From assembly GCA_050288085.1 (NCBI GenBank), contig JBNKDD010000002.1, forward strand, positions 1,603 through 65,602: DNA of 64,000 nt. Reading direction: 5' to 3'. Both the position numbers and the translations under genes were made by a program. This DNA comes from Anaerolineae bacterium. GTDB taxonomy: Bacteria; Chloroflexota; Anaerolineae; Aggregatilineales; UBA3940. The notes under the pieces are model-generated. The model ran no database searches and was not told the origin of the DNA. It saw only the letters and a program-made list of their open reading frames with translations. This document shows, piece by piece, positions 9,465 to 19,484 of this stretch. Within the stretch, counting starts at the first letter, position 1, and each line of letters begins with the position of its first letter.

Positions 9465-11084
9465 TTACTCCTCACTTTCATCAATTTGTGTAACTTTGCC
9501 GCCCAGGTCATTGACGGCATAAGCGACTATATTGTCTTCTGCTAACAGGTCATCTAACCGGTCGGAGTCGTCATGCTGCTGTGATCCGACCCCAACCCGG
9601 AATTGAATCTTTAAGGGCAGCCTGAATAGCTGCTGCAAGGTCGATTCAATTGCCAGCCGGTTGTGATCCAATTCGAGTTTCTTCGCCAGGATTTCGCTCG
9701 GCATCTGGACAATCACGTTATACCCATCGATGCCATATAAATCACCTGAGCGCAGCAGGGCTTCCGCTTCGAAATTCCCACTTTGCTTGATCGCGGCCAG
9801 TATGTTTCCCCACTGTTTTTGTAAGGCTTCCCTTGTGGGGGCATCGGCGGCAGGCTGAACCGGAATCTCCGGTTCTTCAGTTACCGGCTGTTCCGATGCG
9901 GCAACTGGCGCGGCGGCCTGTGTATCAGGTGGAGCAGGGCGAGCGACCACTTGAGTTTGTGGTTGTTGAGCAACTACTACCGGCTGCGGCTCGGCCAGAG
10001 CTTCGACGGTTTTCAGCAATGCTAGCTCAAGCGGCAGTTGGGGCTGCCAGCCGCCGCGCAGATCATTAGCCGCCTCGTTGAAAGCCTGGAGTGCTTCGAT
10101 CAGCATCCGGCGGGGAAATTGGCTGGCTTGCTGGGCAATAACCTCAAGCTCTTCGGCGGAGACTTGAGTCTCAATAAGCTCCGTTCCAGCAGTCTGTACC
10201 AGCATTACCCGCCGTAGATGTTCAACCATTTGACGGGCAAACTGCCTGGCATCTGCACCCTGATCGAGTGCATAATTAATAATATCCAATCCCGCCGCCG
10301 TATCGCCGCCAATCAGCGCATAAGTCAGGTCACGGATCGAATCGCTGGTGGTTGCACCGAGGATCGCCTGAGCCAATGCCAATGTTAAGATCTCACCCGG
10401 TTCACCCATCAGTTGATCGAGCAGGCTGATCGAGTCGCGGAGTGATCCGGTTCCCTGCCGGGCAACTAATTCCAGGGCTGCTTCTTCTGCCTGTAAGCCC
10501 TCCTCTTCGACCATCTGCCAAAGGCGGGCGACGATCTCCGGCAGGGCGATCCGGCGAAAATCGAAGCGCTGGCAGCGTGACAGGATAGTCTGCGGGACCT
10601 TGTGAATCTCGGTAGTCGCCAGCACAAAGATCGCGTGGGCGGGCGGTTCTTCGATGGTTTTCAGCAAAGCGTCAAATGCTGCGCCGGAAAACCGGTGAAC
10701 CTCGTCAATAATATAGACTTTATACTGGCCTTCATTGGGAGCAAATGCGATCCGATCCCGCAGTTCACGCACATCATCAACGCTGGTGTGGGAAGCGGCA
10801 TCGATTTCGATCATATCGAGAAAGCGGCTATCGTTGACGGCCACACAATGAGGACATTGATTACAGGGACGATTGAGCGGGTCTTCATCCAGGCAGTTAA
10901 CTGCCTTCGCCAACAGTCGGGCTGTTGTTGTTTTTCCCGTACCCCGCGGACCGGAAAACAGATAAGCATGACCGATCCGGTTACTCGCCAGAGCATGCCG
11001 CAGGGTAGTGGTCACGTGCTCTTGCCCGACGACTTCTTCGAATGTCATCGGACGCCACTTGAGATATAGGGCCTTGACGGCCAT
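9465..11084 (-). CDS. dnaX: DNA polymerase III subunit gamma/tau
   Basis: LYLKWRP, GPRGTGKTT, EIDAAS, IIDEVH, SRC, GSLRD. Confidence 0.96.
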   Translation of the reverse strand: MAVKALYLKWRPMTFEEVVGQEHVTTTLRHALASNRIGHAYLFSGPRGTGKTTTARLLAKAVNCLDEDPLNRPCNQCPHCVAVNDSRFLDMIEIDAASHTSVDDVRELRDRIAFAPNEGQYKVYIIDEVHRFSGAAFDALLKTIEEPPAHAIFVLATTEIHKVPQTILSRCQRFDFRRIALPEIVARLWQMVEEEGLQAEEAALELVARQGTGSLRDSISLLDQLMGEPGEILTLALAQAILGATTSDSIRDLTYALIGGDTAAGLDIINYALDQGADARQFARQMVEHLRRVMLVQTAGTELIETQVSAEELEVIAQQASQFPRRMLIEALQAFNEAANDLRGGWQPQLPLELALLKTVEALAEPQPVVVAQQPQTQVVARPAPPDTQAAAPVAASEQPVTEEPEIPVQPAADAPTREALQKQWGNILAAIKQSGNFEAEALLRSGDLYGIDGYNVIVQMPSEILAKKLELDHNRLAIESTLQQLFRLPLKIQFRVGVGSQQHDDSDRLDDLLAEDNIVAYAVNDLGGKVTQIDESEE

Positions 11085-11128
11085 CAGGATTTTGACTCCT
11101 CAAACAACTGCGATCTGATCATGGTGCG

Positions 11129-11157
11129 AGTGTATCACTGAGCAGGCATCCGTGCAA
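11129..11157 (-). promoter_or_regulatory. Sigma-70-type promoter of dnaX-ybaB-recR
   Basis: Minus strand TTGCAC-17 nt-TACACT with TG extended -10. Confidence 0.55.
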
Positions 11158-11198
11158 GATAAATAGCACAAACGTTCACCTTATAAGGGGACAGGCAA

Positions 11199-11615
11199 TT
11201 ACTTGCTTTCTCGTTCTGCTATCACATCTTTGACGATCCCGATCAGTCGATCCATCGGGGGGAGCGGCTTGAAGATAATCCGATCCGCGCCGGAAATATC
11301 CTTGAGCTGCCTTTCATCTTTACCGGGCAATTCATAGGCCGTCATAATAATGATGGCAATATCACTCAGCATTGGATGATTACGAATACGCGCACTGATC
11401 TCATGTCCCCACAGCCCGGGATTGCGGATATCGAGTAAGGCCACATTGGGTAAAGGTTCGGGCGGGTTATCCATCTCGAGATACTCGGCTGCACGATTCC
11501 CATCCTTGAATGCGACAACCGGGAATTCCCATAGTTCGCACATGGTTTCGATCACGTCCCGCGTTGCTTCGTCATCCTCAAGGATCATCCATGTCATTAC
11601 TTGGTTATCGGACAT
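11199..11615 (-). CDS. Single-domain response regulator (receiver only)
   Basis: ILEDD, LLDIRNPG (phospho-Asp), MTA, KP; no output domain. Confidence 0.88.
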   Translation of the reverse strand: MSDNQVMTWMILEDDEATRDVIETMCELWEFPVVAFKDGNRAAEYLEMDNPPEPLPNVALLDIRNPGLWGHEISARIRNHPMLSDIAIIIMTAYELPGKDERQLKDISGADRIIFKPLPPMDRLIGIVKDVIAERESK

Positions 11616-11880
11616 CTCGCATACCTCACTTTGCCCAAGACCCGAATACCCTCACTATCTTAACATGATCCGCCCGGTAGGAGTAGCCATCCGACCAGCA
11701 AAAAGACATCTTCAGACCAACTTTCAATACCATTTTGTGCTTATTCAAACATAGCTCGTCTGGATTCCCACAATTCACACATTCTCTGGGCGATCATGTA
11801 CCTCCTCTATCTTATCAGAAAACATTTCATAGGGGGAGAAATTACCTTATACTATTCAACACAGGAAGTGAGAAGACACT

Positions 11881-13044
11881 TTGACTATCAATATTGACGA
11901 ATCAGCCGCCATTAAGTTACTGGCTGACCTGGTACAAATCAACTCGATCAACCCATCTCTTCAGCCCGGCGCACCCGGCGAGGCGGAGATCGCGGCCTAC
12001 ATTGCCGATTTTCTAAACGATCTAAGGCTGGCTGTTACCACCCACGAGGTTGAAGCCGGGCGGATTAACGTTGTCGGTCGGCTCAAAGGAAAAGGCAAAG
12101 GACGCTCCCTGATCCTCAATGGGCATACCGACACAGTCGGCGTGGATGGCATGACGATTGATCCCTTCTCGGCTGATATCCGTGATGGGAAGCTGTATGG
12201 TCGGGGTGCATATGACATGAAGGGCAGCCTGGCCTCAATGCTATCTGCGGCCAAAACGCTGGCCGATTCAGGGATAGAATTGGCCGGTGACCTGCTGTTG
12301 ACCCTGGTTGTGGATGAGGAATTCAGCAGTATCGGCACGGCTGACATTGTCAAACATTATCATGCCGATGGAGCGATTGTCACCGAACCAACCGATATGG
12401 CAATCTGCCGTGCCCATCGTGGCTATATCTGGTACGAAGTCGAGACGATTGGCCGGGCCGCACACGGCAGCCGGTACGATCTGGGCATTGATGCCAATAT
12501 GCGGATGGGCCGTTTTCTCTACGAACTTGACCGGCTGGAAAAAGACTTACGTTCCCGCCCGCCGCACCCATTGGCCGGGCCGCCGTCGCTGCATGCAGCG
12601 ATGCTCAACGGCGGCACCGAACCAAGCATCTATGCTGCAAGTTGTAAACTCCAGGTCGAGCGGCGCACCATCGCCGGGGAAACTGAGGCAGCAATCACCC
12701 AGGAACTTCAGGCGATCATTGACGGGTTGGCAGCGGAAGATTCCACCTTCAAAGCGACGGTCAAACCGGTCTACCAGCGTGAGCCGTTTGATATTGCTGC
12801 CGATGCTCCGATTGTCGCTGTGCTGGAAGATGCGGTAACCCACCGTCTGGGCCAAAAGCCGGATCATATCGGGCAGCCCTTCTGGACAGATGCAGCTTTC
12901 TTATCGGCAGCGGGCATGGAAACCGTCTTGATCGGCCCAACCGGTCAGGGATTACATGCTGCGGAAGAATGGGTCGATATACAATCGGTGGTTGATCTGG
13001 CGCATATTCTGGCGGAAACAGCGATAGCCTATTGTTCGGGGTAA
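11881..13044 (+). CDS. M20 family ArgE/DapE-like deacylase
   Basis: LNGHTDTV, GRGAYDMKG, VDEE, TEPT, GLHAAEE metal-ligand motifs. Confidence 0.9.
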   Translation: MTINIDESAAIKLLADLVQINSINPSLQPGAPGEAEIAAYIADFLNDLRLAVTTHEVEAGRINVVGRLKGKGKGRSLILNGHTDTVGVDGMTIDPFSADIRDGKLYGRGAYDMKGSLASMLSAAKTLADSGIELAGDLLLTLVVDEEFSSIGTADIVKHYHADGAIVTEPTDMAICRAHRGYIWYEVETIGRAAHGSRYDLGIDANMRMGRFLYELDRLEKDLRSRPPHPLAGPPSLHAAMLNGGTEPSIYAASCKLQVERRTIAGETEAAITQELQAIIDGLAAEDSTFKATVKPVYQREPFDIAADAPIVAVLEDAVTHRLGQKPDHIGQPFWTDAAFLSAAGMETVLIGPTGQGLHAAEEWVDIQSVVDLAHILAETAIAYCSG

Positions 13045-13050
13045 CGAAAA

Positions 13051-13090
13051 GGGCGAGGGCAAACCAAAAGTTAGTCTGCCTCGCCCCTAC
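13051..13090. repeat. GTAG-type REP-like palindrome / probable terminator between convergent genes
   Basis: GGGCGAGGGCAAAC..GTCTGCCTCGCCCCTAC; minus strand reads GTAGGGGCGAGG..CCTCGCCC-TTTT. Confidence 0.6.
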
Positions 13091-13104
13091 GGATTTAAAA
13101 TGCC

Positions 13105-14481
13105 TTAATATTGAGGCGGTTGGGGAGGGTAATAGGACGGTGGCGGTGGTGGGGGCGGCGGCTCATCGCCAGGGAGTTTGATCCCCAGCCAATCGCGCAG
13201 CACGTCATCCACCACATTGAAGTAAAACCACAACCCACCGGTCACCCCAACCAATGCCAGCAGCATGAACCAGGCAAAGCGAACATTCGAGTGGAAGAAA
13301 GAGTCGAGGAATCCGCTTTCGGGGTTGAGCAGAGCATGATTAAACAGGAAAGCCACCGGGACAAATAAAACGGCCCAGGCAAATTTGTTCCATTTAAAAA
13401 TGGTCTGGCCGGTTCCATAAGCAACCGGAAGCATCTCGAAGAACAGCGTTTCCAGCGCCACCAGGAAAACTGCCAGGCTTAACCCCTCAGCGACGGTCAA
13501 TCCGGTGGCAACAGCATTGACAATCCGTTCAGGGAATACACTGCCGACCACGGTTTGAATATACCCGCTCACCGCCCAGGCAATCCCGCCGACGACGGCC
13601 CACAAAACGAGGGTAACAAAGGATAAGGCGACCTCACGCTGTTCGCGCTTATCTTCGGGCAGATCAACATCTGCACCACCGGGCGTTCCAACGATAATAC
13701 CTGGTGTCAAAACGAAAATACGTGATGCAATGACGGTAAGGATTGCCACTGCCAGGTTAACCGGATAGAGATTATATTGGGACTTGGTATGCCAGACGCG
13801 CCCCATAATCCGGCGAGCGAAGTCTGCGGCAAAAGCAACAATGCCAACCGTAAAAGCCAGGGTAATGATGAGTAATGCGCCATCCCCACTGAAGATGGGT
13901 GTGCCTGGATCGGCCTCAAGGAAAGCATAGATGATCCCGTACAAGGCAAAAATTGCCAGGACCAGCGGCATCGTCAGGCAGCCTTTTTTAATAGCTCCCC
14001 CCAGTGTCCATTGGAAGGCTTTACCGAGCCATTCCGTCAGACGCTTGATTCCAAAAGCTTGCAGCCAGGCTTGAATGCGTACTTCTTCATCCCGCATCAT
14101 ATTGCCTAAAACGGTTGTGGTGATCCCAAATAGCAGGGCCATCAGAATGGCAAGGAAAACGTTGGTTCCAATCACTTCGCCCTCAAGAGATAACTGCTGC
14201 GGTGCAGGAACACGGGCGAAAAGCGGCTGGCGTTTGACCTGGTCACGGGTGAGGATGGCCTCACCGGGTTGGAGTTGTTCAGGGATTTTGACATCGGGAA
14301 GCGGCAAAGGTGGCAGGCCGCTTGTATCAATCTGGGGTGGCTCCGGGAGGCTCATACCGGTCGCATTTTCCAGGACGGTACGACCACGTTCTGTGCTGGC
14401 AAAAACCACGCCTCCGGCAATACAGGCAAACAAACACGCGAACACTACAAATCCAATCAGTTTCCCAATGATTTTTGTCAC
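13105..14481 (-). CDS. Multi-pass membrane protein, FGLLP-motif-like / degenerate M50-like C-terminal domain
   Basis: Many TM helices; LFFEMLPVAYGTGQTIFKWNK resembles the FGLLP..DG..IFxW motif; poly-Pro tail. Confidence 0.65.
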   Translation of the reverse strand: MTKIIGKLIGFVVFACLFACIAGGVVFASTERGRTVLENATGMSLPEPPQIDTSGLPPLPLPDVKIPEQLQPGEAILTRDQVKRQPLFARVPAPQQLSLEGEVIGTNVFLAILMALLFGITTTVLGNMMRDEEVRIQAWLQAFGIKRLTEWLGKAFQWTLGGAIKKGCLTMPLVLAIFALYGIIYAFLEADPGTPIFSGDGALLIITLAFTVGIVAFAADFARRIMGRVWHTKSQYNLYPVNLAVAILTVIASRIFVLTPGIIVGTPGGADVDLPEDKREQREVALSFVTLVLWAVVGGIAWAVSGYIQTVVGSVFPERIVNAVATGLTVAEGLSLAVFLVALETLFFEMLPVAYGTGQTIFKWNKFAWAVLFVPVAFLFNHALLNPESGFLDSFFHSNVRFAWFMLLALVGVTGGLWFYFNVVDDVLRDWLGIKLPGDEPPPPPPPPSYYPPQPPQY

Positions 14482-14557
14482 GGGGATGCCCTCCCTACCT
14501 CACTAAATATAAAACTACCTATACTCAGGGGCAAAATCTTCTTTGCCCACACAATAT

Positions 14558-15280
14558 TTAAGTTATTGTCAGGTCAATGGGTTGGCCTTGCAACTGCCAA
14601 TCACCGGCCCCACCGGTGCATTCATCCACACTGGACAGGCAAATACTCAGTTGAAGCTGATACAAACCGGGCGTACCGATGGCGAGTTTATCCTGCCAGG
14701 AATCGGTCTTCCCTGGCTGCAAGGTCCAGCCAACCCAACTCTGGTGGAAGTGAGCGTTTACGCCATCCTTCCAGACCACTACACCGACGATCCCCAATTG
14801 AACTTCCTCGTTGGTGGCATTCGTGATCGAGAAGTTAAAGACGACACTCTCGTTGGCAACGACGGTCTGGCTCTGCAATGAAAACTGGACATCTTTGATG
14901 GTTTGATTTTCCGGGGTGGCCGTCGGCTCCGGTGTATTGGTGGGTGCGGGGGTATTGGTGGGTTGGGGTATAGCGGTAGGTTGAGCCTCCTGGGCAGTCG
15001 GTGCAGGGGCATCGGTCGGAGATTCTGGCTCAGCCTCCTGGGGCGTCTCCTGTGTTGGTTCAGCCGTCGCTGTAGGCAGATCGGTGGGCATGATGGTCGC
15101 CGTTGGTAATAAGGTGGCTAAAGGGGTAGCTGTTTCAACGGCAGCACTCGACCGTCCACCGCCAGGTTTCAAAAGGGCAAATAAAACAATAGCCAGCAAA
15201 ACACAGCCGACGATGACCACTCCACCGCTGATAACCAGTGGGACTATGGGTAGGGGCTTGTTTGGACTATTCTTAAGCAT
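14558..15280 (-). CDS. Membrane-anchored hypothetical protein with Pro/Thr-rich linker and beta-rich C-terminal domain
   Basis: N-terminal TM, PTAT/PTNT repeats, C-terminal domain of about 110 aa with a Cys pair. Confidence 0.75.
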   Translation of the reverse strand: MLKNSPNKPLPIVPLVISGGVVIVGCVLLAIVLFALLKPGGGRSSAAVETATPLATLLPTATIMPTDLPTATAEPTQETPQEAEPESPTDAPAPTAQEAQPTAIPQPTNTPAPTNTPEPTATPENQTIKDVQFSLQSQTVVANESVVFNFSITNATNEEVQLGIVGVVVWKDGVNAHFHQSWVGWTLQPGKTDSWQDKLAIGTPGLYQLQLSICLSSVDECTGGAGDWQLQGQPIDLTIT

Positions 15281-15414
15281 AATTAATATTCACTCTCAAC
15301 ATGGGTTCGTTGGAATTATAGCGTGGTGACCGGGAAACACAAGCCGGGAGTTTTTGCACATGCATCGTATTAATGGCATAGTTTCACAACAGTCATTTAG
15401 TATATGAGGAAACC

Positions 15415-16062
15415 ATGCTTCTTGCTCTTGATACTGCAACCCGCCAGATCAGCATGGCGCTGTATGATGGTCAACAAATCATTGCTGAGTTTACCTGGCG
15501 GACGGCATCACGCCACACGATTGAACTTACTCCTGCCTGCGACGATATGATGCAGCGGGCCGGGGTTACGCCGACCGATCTATCAGCTATTGCAGTGGCA
15601 CTTGGTCCCGGTTCATATACCGGTCTGCGGATCGGGATGGGGGTTGCCAAAGGATTGGCTTTAGCCGCCGACCCACCACTCCCATTGATCGGTATCCCGA
15701 CTCTGGACATTGTAGCAGCAGCCCAACCTCACCTGGTCGACCGGTTGTGCGTCGTAGCACAGGCCGGGCGTGGACGGATCAGTGCCGGGTTCTACACCTG
15801 GGAGACCGACAACTGGCACAGCACCGATCAACCCGCCATTTTTGGATGGGAAACATTGCTTGAATCGTTAGATGAGAGCACGCAGTTCAGCGGCGAGATT
15901 GATCCGGCTTTGCTTGCCGACCACCCGTATGTTATCCTCGCACAACCAGCCCATATCCTACGGCGGGCCGGTTTTCTGGCTGAGTTGGCCTATCGACGAT
16001 TCGCCAAAGGCGAGGTCGATGGAGCTGCGACATTGGCCCCAATTTACTTGAAGGAACCCTAA
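15415..16062 (+). CDS. tsaB: tRNA t6A biosynthesis protein TsaB
   Basis: MLLALDTAT, GPGSYTGLRIG, C-terminal PIYL. Confidence 0.93.
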   Translation: MLLALDTATRQISMALYDGQQIIAEFTWRTASRHTIELTPACDDMMQRAGVTPTDLSAIAVALGPGSYTGLRIGMGVAKGLALAADPPLPLIGIPTLDIVAAAQPHLVDRLCVVAQAGRGRISAGFYTWETDNWHSTDQPAIFGWETLLESLDESTQFSGEIDPALLADHPYVILAQPAHILRRAGFLAELAYRRFAKGEVDGAATLAPIYLKEP

Positions 16063-16084
16063 GCATTCCGGTTGAAGACAATCA

Positions 16085-16708
16085 ATGATTAACACCCGTA
16101 CTCATGTTGTTTTGCGCCAGATGGCACTGGCTGATATTGATCAGGTTGTTGCCATCGACAAGGTAGCTTTCTCTACACCCTGGCCCCCACGCACGTATCG
16201 CTACGAAATCGCTAACGATCGCTCGGCCATGTTTGTGTTGCAGCACGATAGCCAGGATATCCAAGCGCCACCGGGAGAGAATGGCGTATTCGGGCGGTTG
16301 AAGCAGCTTGTGGTTCCGACAACAGAAGCCGATTCATTGACATCGATAGTTGCCTATTCCGGGTTCTGGCACGTTGCCGACGAAGCGCATGTCAGCACCA
16401 TAGCTGTACATCCAGATTGGCGAGGGAAAAAGCTGGGCGAACTGCTGCTGTGGAACATGATCCGGCAGGCTGTCCGTAACCAGGCTGATCATGTAACTCT
16501 TGAGGTACGTGTATCCAATACCCTGGCGCAAAACCTATACCGGAAATATGGCTTTCAGATTAACCGGCGGCGAAAAGGATATTATCGCGATGACGGTGAA
16601 GATGCTTACGAAATGATCCTGACCCCGCTTGATGGGGCCTATCGTGAGCGTTTACTTGCTTTCGGGCAGGAACTCAGCAAACGTATCAGCGTAGAGGACA
16701 GAATTTAG
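16085..16708 (+). CDS. rimI: Ribosomal protein S18-alanine N-acetyltransferase RimI
   Basis: EAHVSTIAVHPDWRGKKLG, LEVRVSNTLAQNLYRKYGF, RKGYY..EDA; follows tsaB. Confidence 0.9.
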   Translation: MINTRTHVVLRQMALADIDQVVAIDKVAFSTPWPPRTYRYEIANDRSAMFVLQHDSQDIQAPPGENGVFGRLKQLVVPTTEADSLTSIVAYSGFWHVADEAHVSTIAVHPDWRGKKLGELLLWNMIRQAVRNQADHVTLEVRVSNTLAQNLYRKYGFQINRRRKGYYRDDGEDAYEMILTPLDGAYRERLLAFGQELSKRISVEDRI

Positions 16709-16756
16709 AACACCGATTACCTGCCCCACAAAAACGTGAAGTGGAGAATTGCAAAA

Positions 16757-17833
16757 ATGGATCTGGACGATCTTGAATTGTTTCAGCGTTTAGACGCTGA
16801 TGGGATGATCGATTATATCGATGCCCTGCCTGACCAAATTCACGACTCCTGGGTGTACGGCCAATCGCTTAACCTACCCAGCCGTTTCAGCGAGGTACAA
16901 CGAGTTGTCATTTGTGGGATGGGCGGATCGGCAATTTGTGGTGACCTGCTGGCAGCATTGGCTCGTGATACCAGTCAATGCTCTGTTATGGTCAACCGAG
17001 CTTACAATCTACCGGCTCACGTCAGAGGGGACGATACACTCGTCATTGCCATGAGTCATTCTGGCAATACTGAAGAAGTTCTTTCATCGGTCGAGCAGGC
17101 CGTTGATCGCGGGGTACAGTTACTCGCGATCACTTCCGGCGGGAAACTGGCCGATAGGGTTGAGGAAGCCGGAGGTACGATCTGGACTTACGACTACCCA
17201 TCATTATCACGAGCGGCAGTTGGATGGCAGTATGGGTTGGTGCTGGCTGCCTTTTCGCAGGTCGAGATGATCCCTGATCAGGGCAGCGCAGTCCAAGAAA
17301 CTATCCGTTTGATGGAAAAAGCCCGCCGCCAATTTGCAGTTGACACGCCCGCAGCTAAAAACCCAGCCAAGCGTATTGCCGGACAGATGATTGGGCGCAC
17401 AATTGTGGTTTGGGGGTCTGGGCTGCTGGTTCCGGTGGCACGGCGCTGGACAACACAACTAAACGAAAACGCAAAAGCCCACGCTTATTACGATGAGCTG
17501 CCTGAACTGGATTATAACTCGGTGGTCGGGATCGATTACCCGGAGGATCTGCACGACAATCATCGCTATGCGGTTGTTCAATTACTCTCCGAGAAATACG
17601 ATCATCCACGTGTAGTTTTGCGTCACCAGTTGACGGCGGATGTACTGCGCGAACAGGGCTGTGTAACCGATACGATCAGGGCGCGGGGTGAAAGCCGGTT
17701 GGCAAATCAATTTAGCCTGATTCAGTTTGGGGATTATGTCAGCTACTACGTTGCGATGGCTTATGAAGTTGATCCGTCCCCGGTTTATAACATCGAGGCT
17801 CTCAAGGCAAAACTGACACAGGCGGAAATATGA
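16757..17833 (+). CDS. Bifunctional phosphoglucose/phosphomannose isomerase family protein
   Basis: GMGGS, SHSGNTEE, TSGGKL, QLNENAK, D..SYY..VDP..I..LK; two SIS domains. Confidence 0.87.
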   Translation: MDLDDLELFQRLDADGMIDYIDALPDQIHDSWVYGQSLNLPSRFSEVQRVVICGMGGSAICGDLLAALARDTSQCSVMVNRAYNLPAHVRGDDTLVIAMSHSGNTEEVLSSVEQAVDRGVQLLAITSGGKLADRVEEAGGTIWTYDYPSLSRAAVGWQYGLVLAAFSQVEMIPDQGSAVQETIRLMEKARRQFAVDTPAAKNPAKRIAGQMIGRTIVVWGSGLLVPVARRWTTQLNENAKAHAYYDELPELDYNSVVGIDYPEDLHDNHRYAVVQLLSEKYDHPRVVLRHQLTADVLREQGCVTDTIRARGESRLANQFSLIQFGDYVSYYVAMAYEVDPSPVYNIEALKAKLTQAEI

Positions 17834-18561
17834 ACGATACTCAAGACAAGTTCGCCGAACGCGGCGCACCCAGTTTCGTCTGGCGGGCAGGCCAGGATCG
17901 CCGGTTGGCGATGATCCGCCGCTGGGCAGAGACTCGCAACACGGTGATCCTGATCGATGGCTGCGGATTGGGAGCCTATGCGGTGCACTTGCAAGCCGAC
18001 AGCTCTCACGTTTTTGCCTTCGATATCGAGCTGGATCGGGCTGTAAAAACACATGAGCAGGTCCCTCTGACCACCGTCGCGGCTGCTGAATATGTCCCGT
18101 ACCCTGACCAAACCTTTGATGTCATCCTCTCTAACGAGGTGATCGAGCATGTATCTGATGATCAGGCAGCAATTGAAGAGATGGCTCGTGTGCTCAAACC
18201 CGGTGGGCGGATCGTCTTGTTTTGCCCCAACCGATGGTATCCCTTTGAAACACACGGTCACTATTGGCGAGGGCAATATCACTTTGGCAACACACCCCTG
18301 ATCAATTACCTGCCCGACTTTTTGCGGAACCGGCTGGCTCCACACGTCCGAGCTTATACCCGCCGCGATTTACACCGGCTCCTTGACGGCCTGCCACTGC
18401 GGATTGTGCATCATACCCGCATTTTTGGCGGTTATGACAACATCATCGCCCGTTATCCAAAGATCGGGAAGCTACTGCGTTCAGTGCTTTACTTCGCCGA
18501 GAAGACACCATTCCGACTGTTGGGTCTGTCACATTTACTGATTATTGAGAAAACATCATGA
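17830..18561 (+). CDS. Class I SAM-dependent methyltransferase
   Basis: IDGCGLG, FDVILSNEVIEHV, RVLKPGG. Confidence 0.88.
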   Translation: MNDTQDKFAERGAPSFVWRAGQDRRLAMIRRWAETRNTVILIDGCGLGAYAVHLQADSSHVFAFDIELDRAVKTHEQVPLTTVAAAEYVPYPDQTFDVILSNEVIEHVSDDQAAIEEMARVLKPGGRIVLFCPNRWYPFETHGHYWRGQYHFGNTPLINYLPDFLRNRLAPHVRAYTRRDLHRLLDGLPLRIVHHTRIFGGYDNIIARYPKIGKLLRSVLYFAEKTPFRLLGLSHLLIIEKTS

Positions 18562-19370
18562 CCGATTTAAGGTTACTCGAAGAACTTAGACAAACTTGTT
18601 TGATCGCCACCGAGAAAGCCGGTGAGATTATTCGGAATAACTACGACAAACCCCGGACGGTCAAGGTCAAAGGGGTTCGTGACCTGGTAACAGATACCGA
18701 TCAGGCCGTCCAGGATGCCGTGTTTTCCTTGATCCAGAAGCGGCACCCCGACCATGTGCTCCTTTCCGAAGAGGACCCGGACAGCCAACCAGACGCAGAG
18801 GGGCGGTATCCGATACCTGATGGTGTGGTGTGGATTATCGATCCGCTGGATGGTACCTCAAACTTTATCTACCATATCCCGTTCGTCAGTTTCTCGATTG
18901 GGGCATTGATTGACCAGGAACCGGTAGCTGGCGTGGTGTTCGATCCCTTGCGCAAAGACTGCTTTATGGGGATACAAGGCCAGGGAGCCACGCTTAACGA
19001 TCAACTGCTCCCACCGATTGAAGCCCGACCGCTCGATAAGTCAATGGCGGCACTGGATTGGGCACATGATACGGACATCCGGAGACAGGCCGTCGGGGTT
19101 GTTGGGGAACTCCTAACTCGCTGCCATACCGTCCGCGCTATTGGCTCGGCAGCCCTGGCGATGTCATACATCGCTTGCGGGTGGGTACAACTGTACTTCA
19201 ACCTGGGGCTAAAACCCTGGGACACTGCTGCCGCGGCGATTATCATCCGGGAAGCGGGTGGCGAGCTTTACAATTACGATGGCATTAGAGCCCGTGTAGA
19301 CAGCCCTTCGATATTTGCCGGACACCCGGATATCATCAAAGAACTGCAATCCTTCTTGCCAAGCCGGTGA
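18558..19370 (+). CDS. Inositol monophosphatase family protein (SuhB-like)
   Basis: DLVT, SEE, WIIDPLDGTSNF, GSAAL, PWDTAAA. Confidence 0.92.
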   Translation: MTDLRLLEELRQTCLIATEKAGEIIRNNYDKPRTVKVKGVRDLVTDTDQAVQDAVFSLIQKRHPDHVLLSEEDPDSQPDAEGRYPIPDGVVWIIDPLDGTSNFIYHIPFVSFSIGALIDQEPVAGVVFDPLRKDCFMGIQGQGATLNDQLLPPIEARPLDKSMAALDWAHDTDIRRQAVGVVGELLTRCHTVRAIGSAALAMSYIACGWVQLYFNLGLKPWDTAAAAIIIREAGGELYNYDGIRARVDSPSIFAGHPDIIKELQSFLPSR

Positions 19371-19484
19371 TCTTCACTACAATTGTTCTAATAGGCAAAC
19401 CAATGTGGGGAAAGATACATCTCAATCCACATAACACCATTTCGTCCCAGTTGTTCATTAGATAGATAATAGGAAGGTTAACCC

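Noticed and set aside
9465-11084. Programmed frameshift producing the gamma subunit in dnaX
   Set aside because: No A-AAA-AAG or long A-run slippery site was seen; only A5 runs.
14930-15100. Short direct repeats (PTNTP, PTAT codons)
   Set aside because: Coding low-complexity linker; no repeat-spacer periodicity as in CRISPR.
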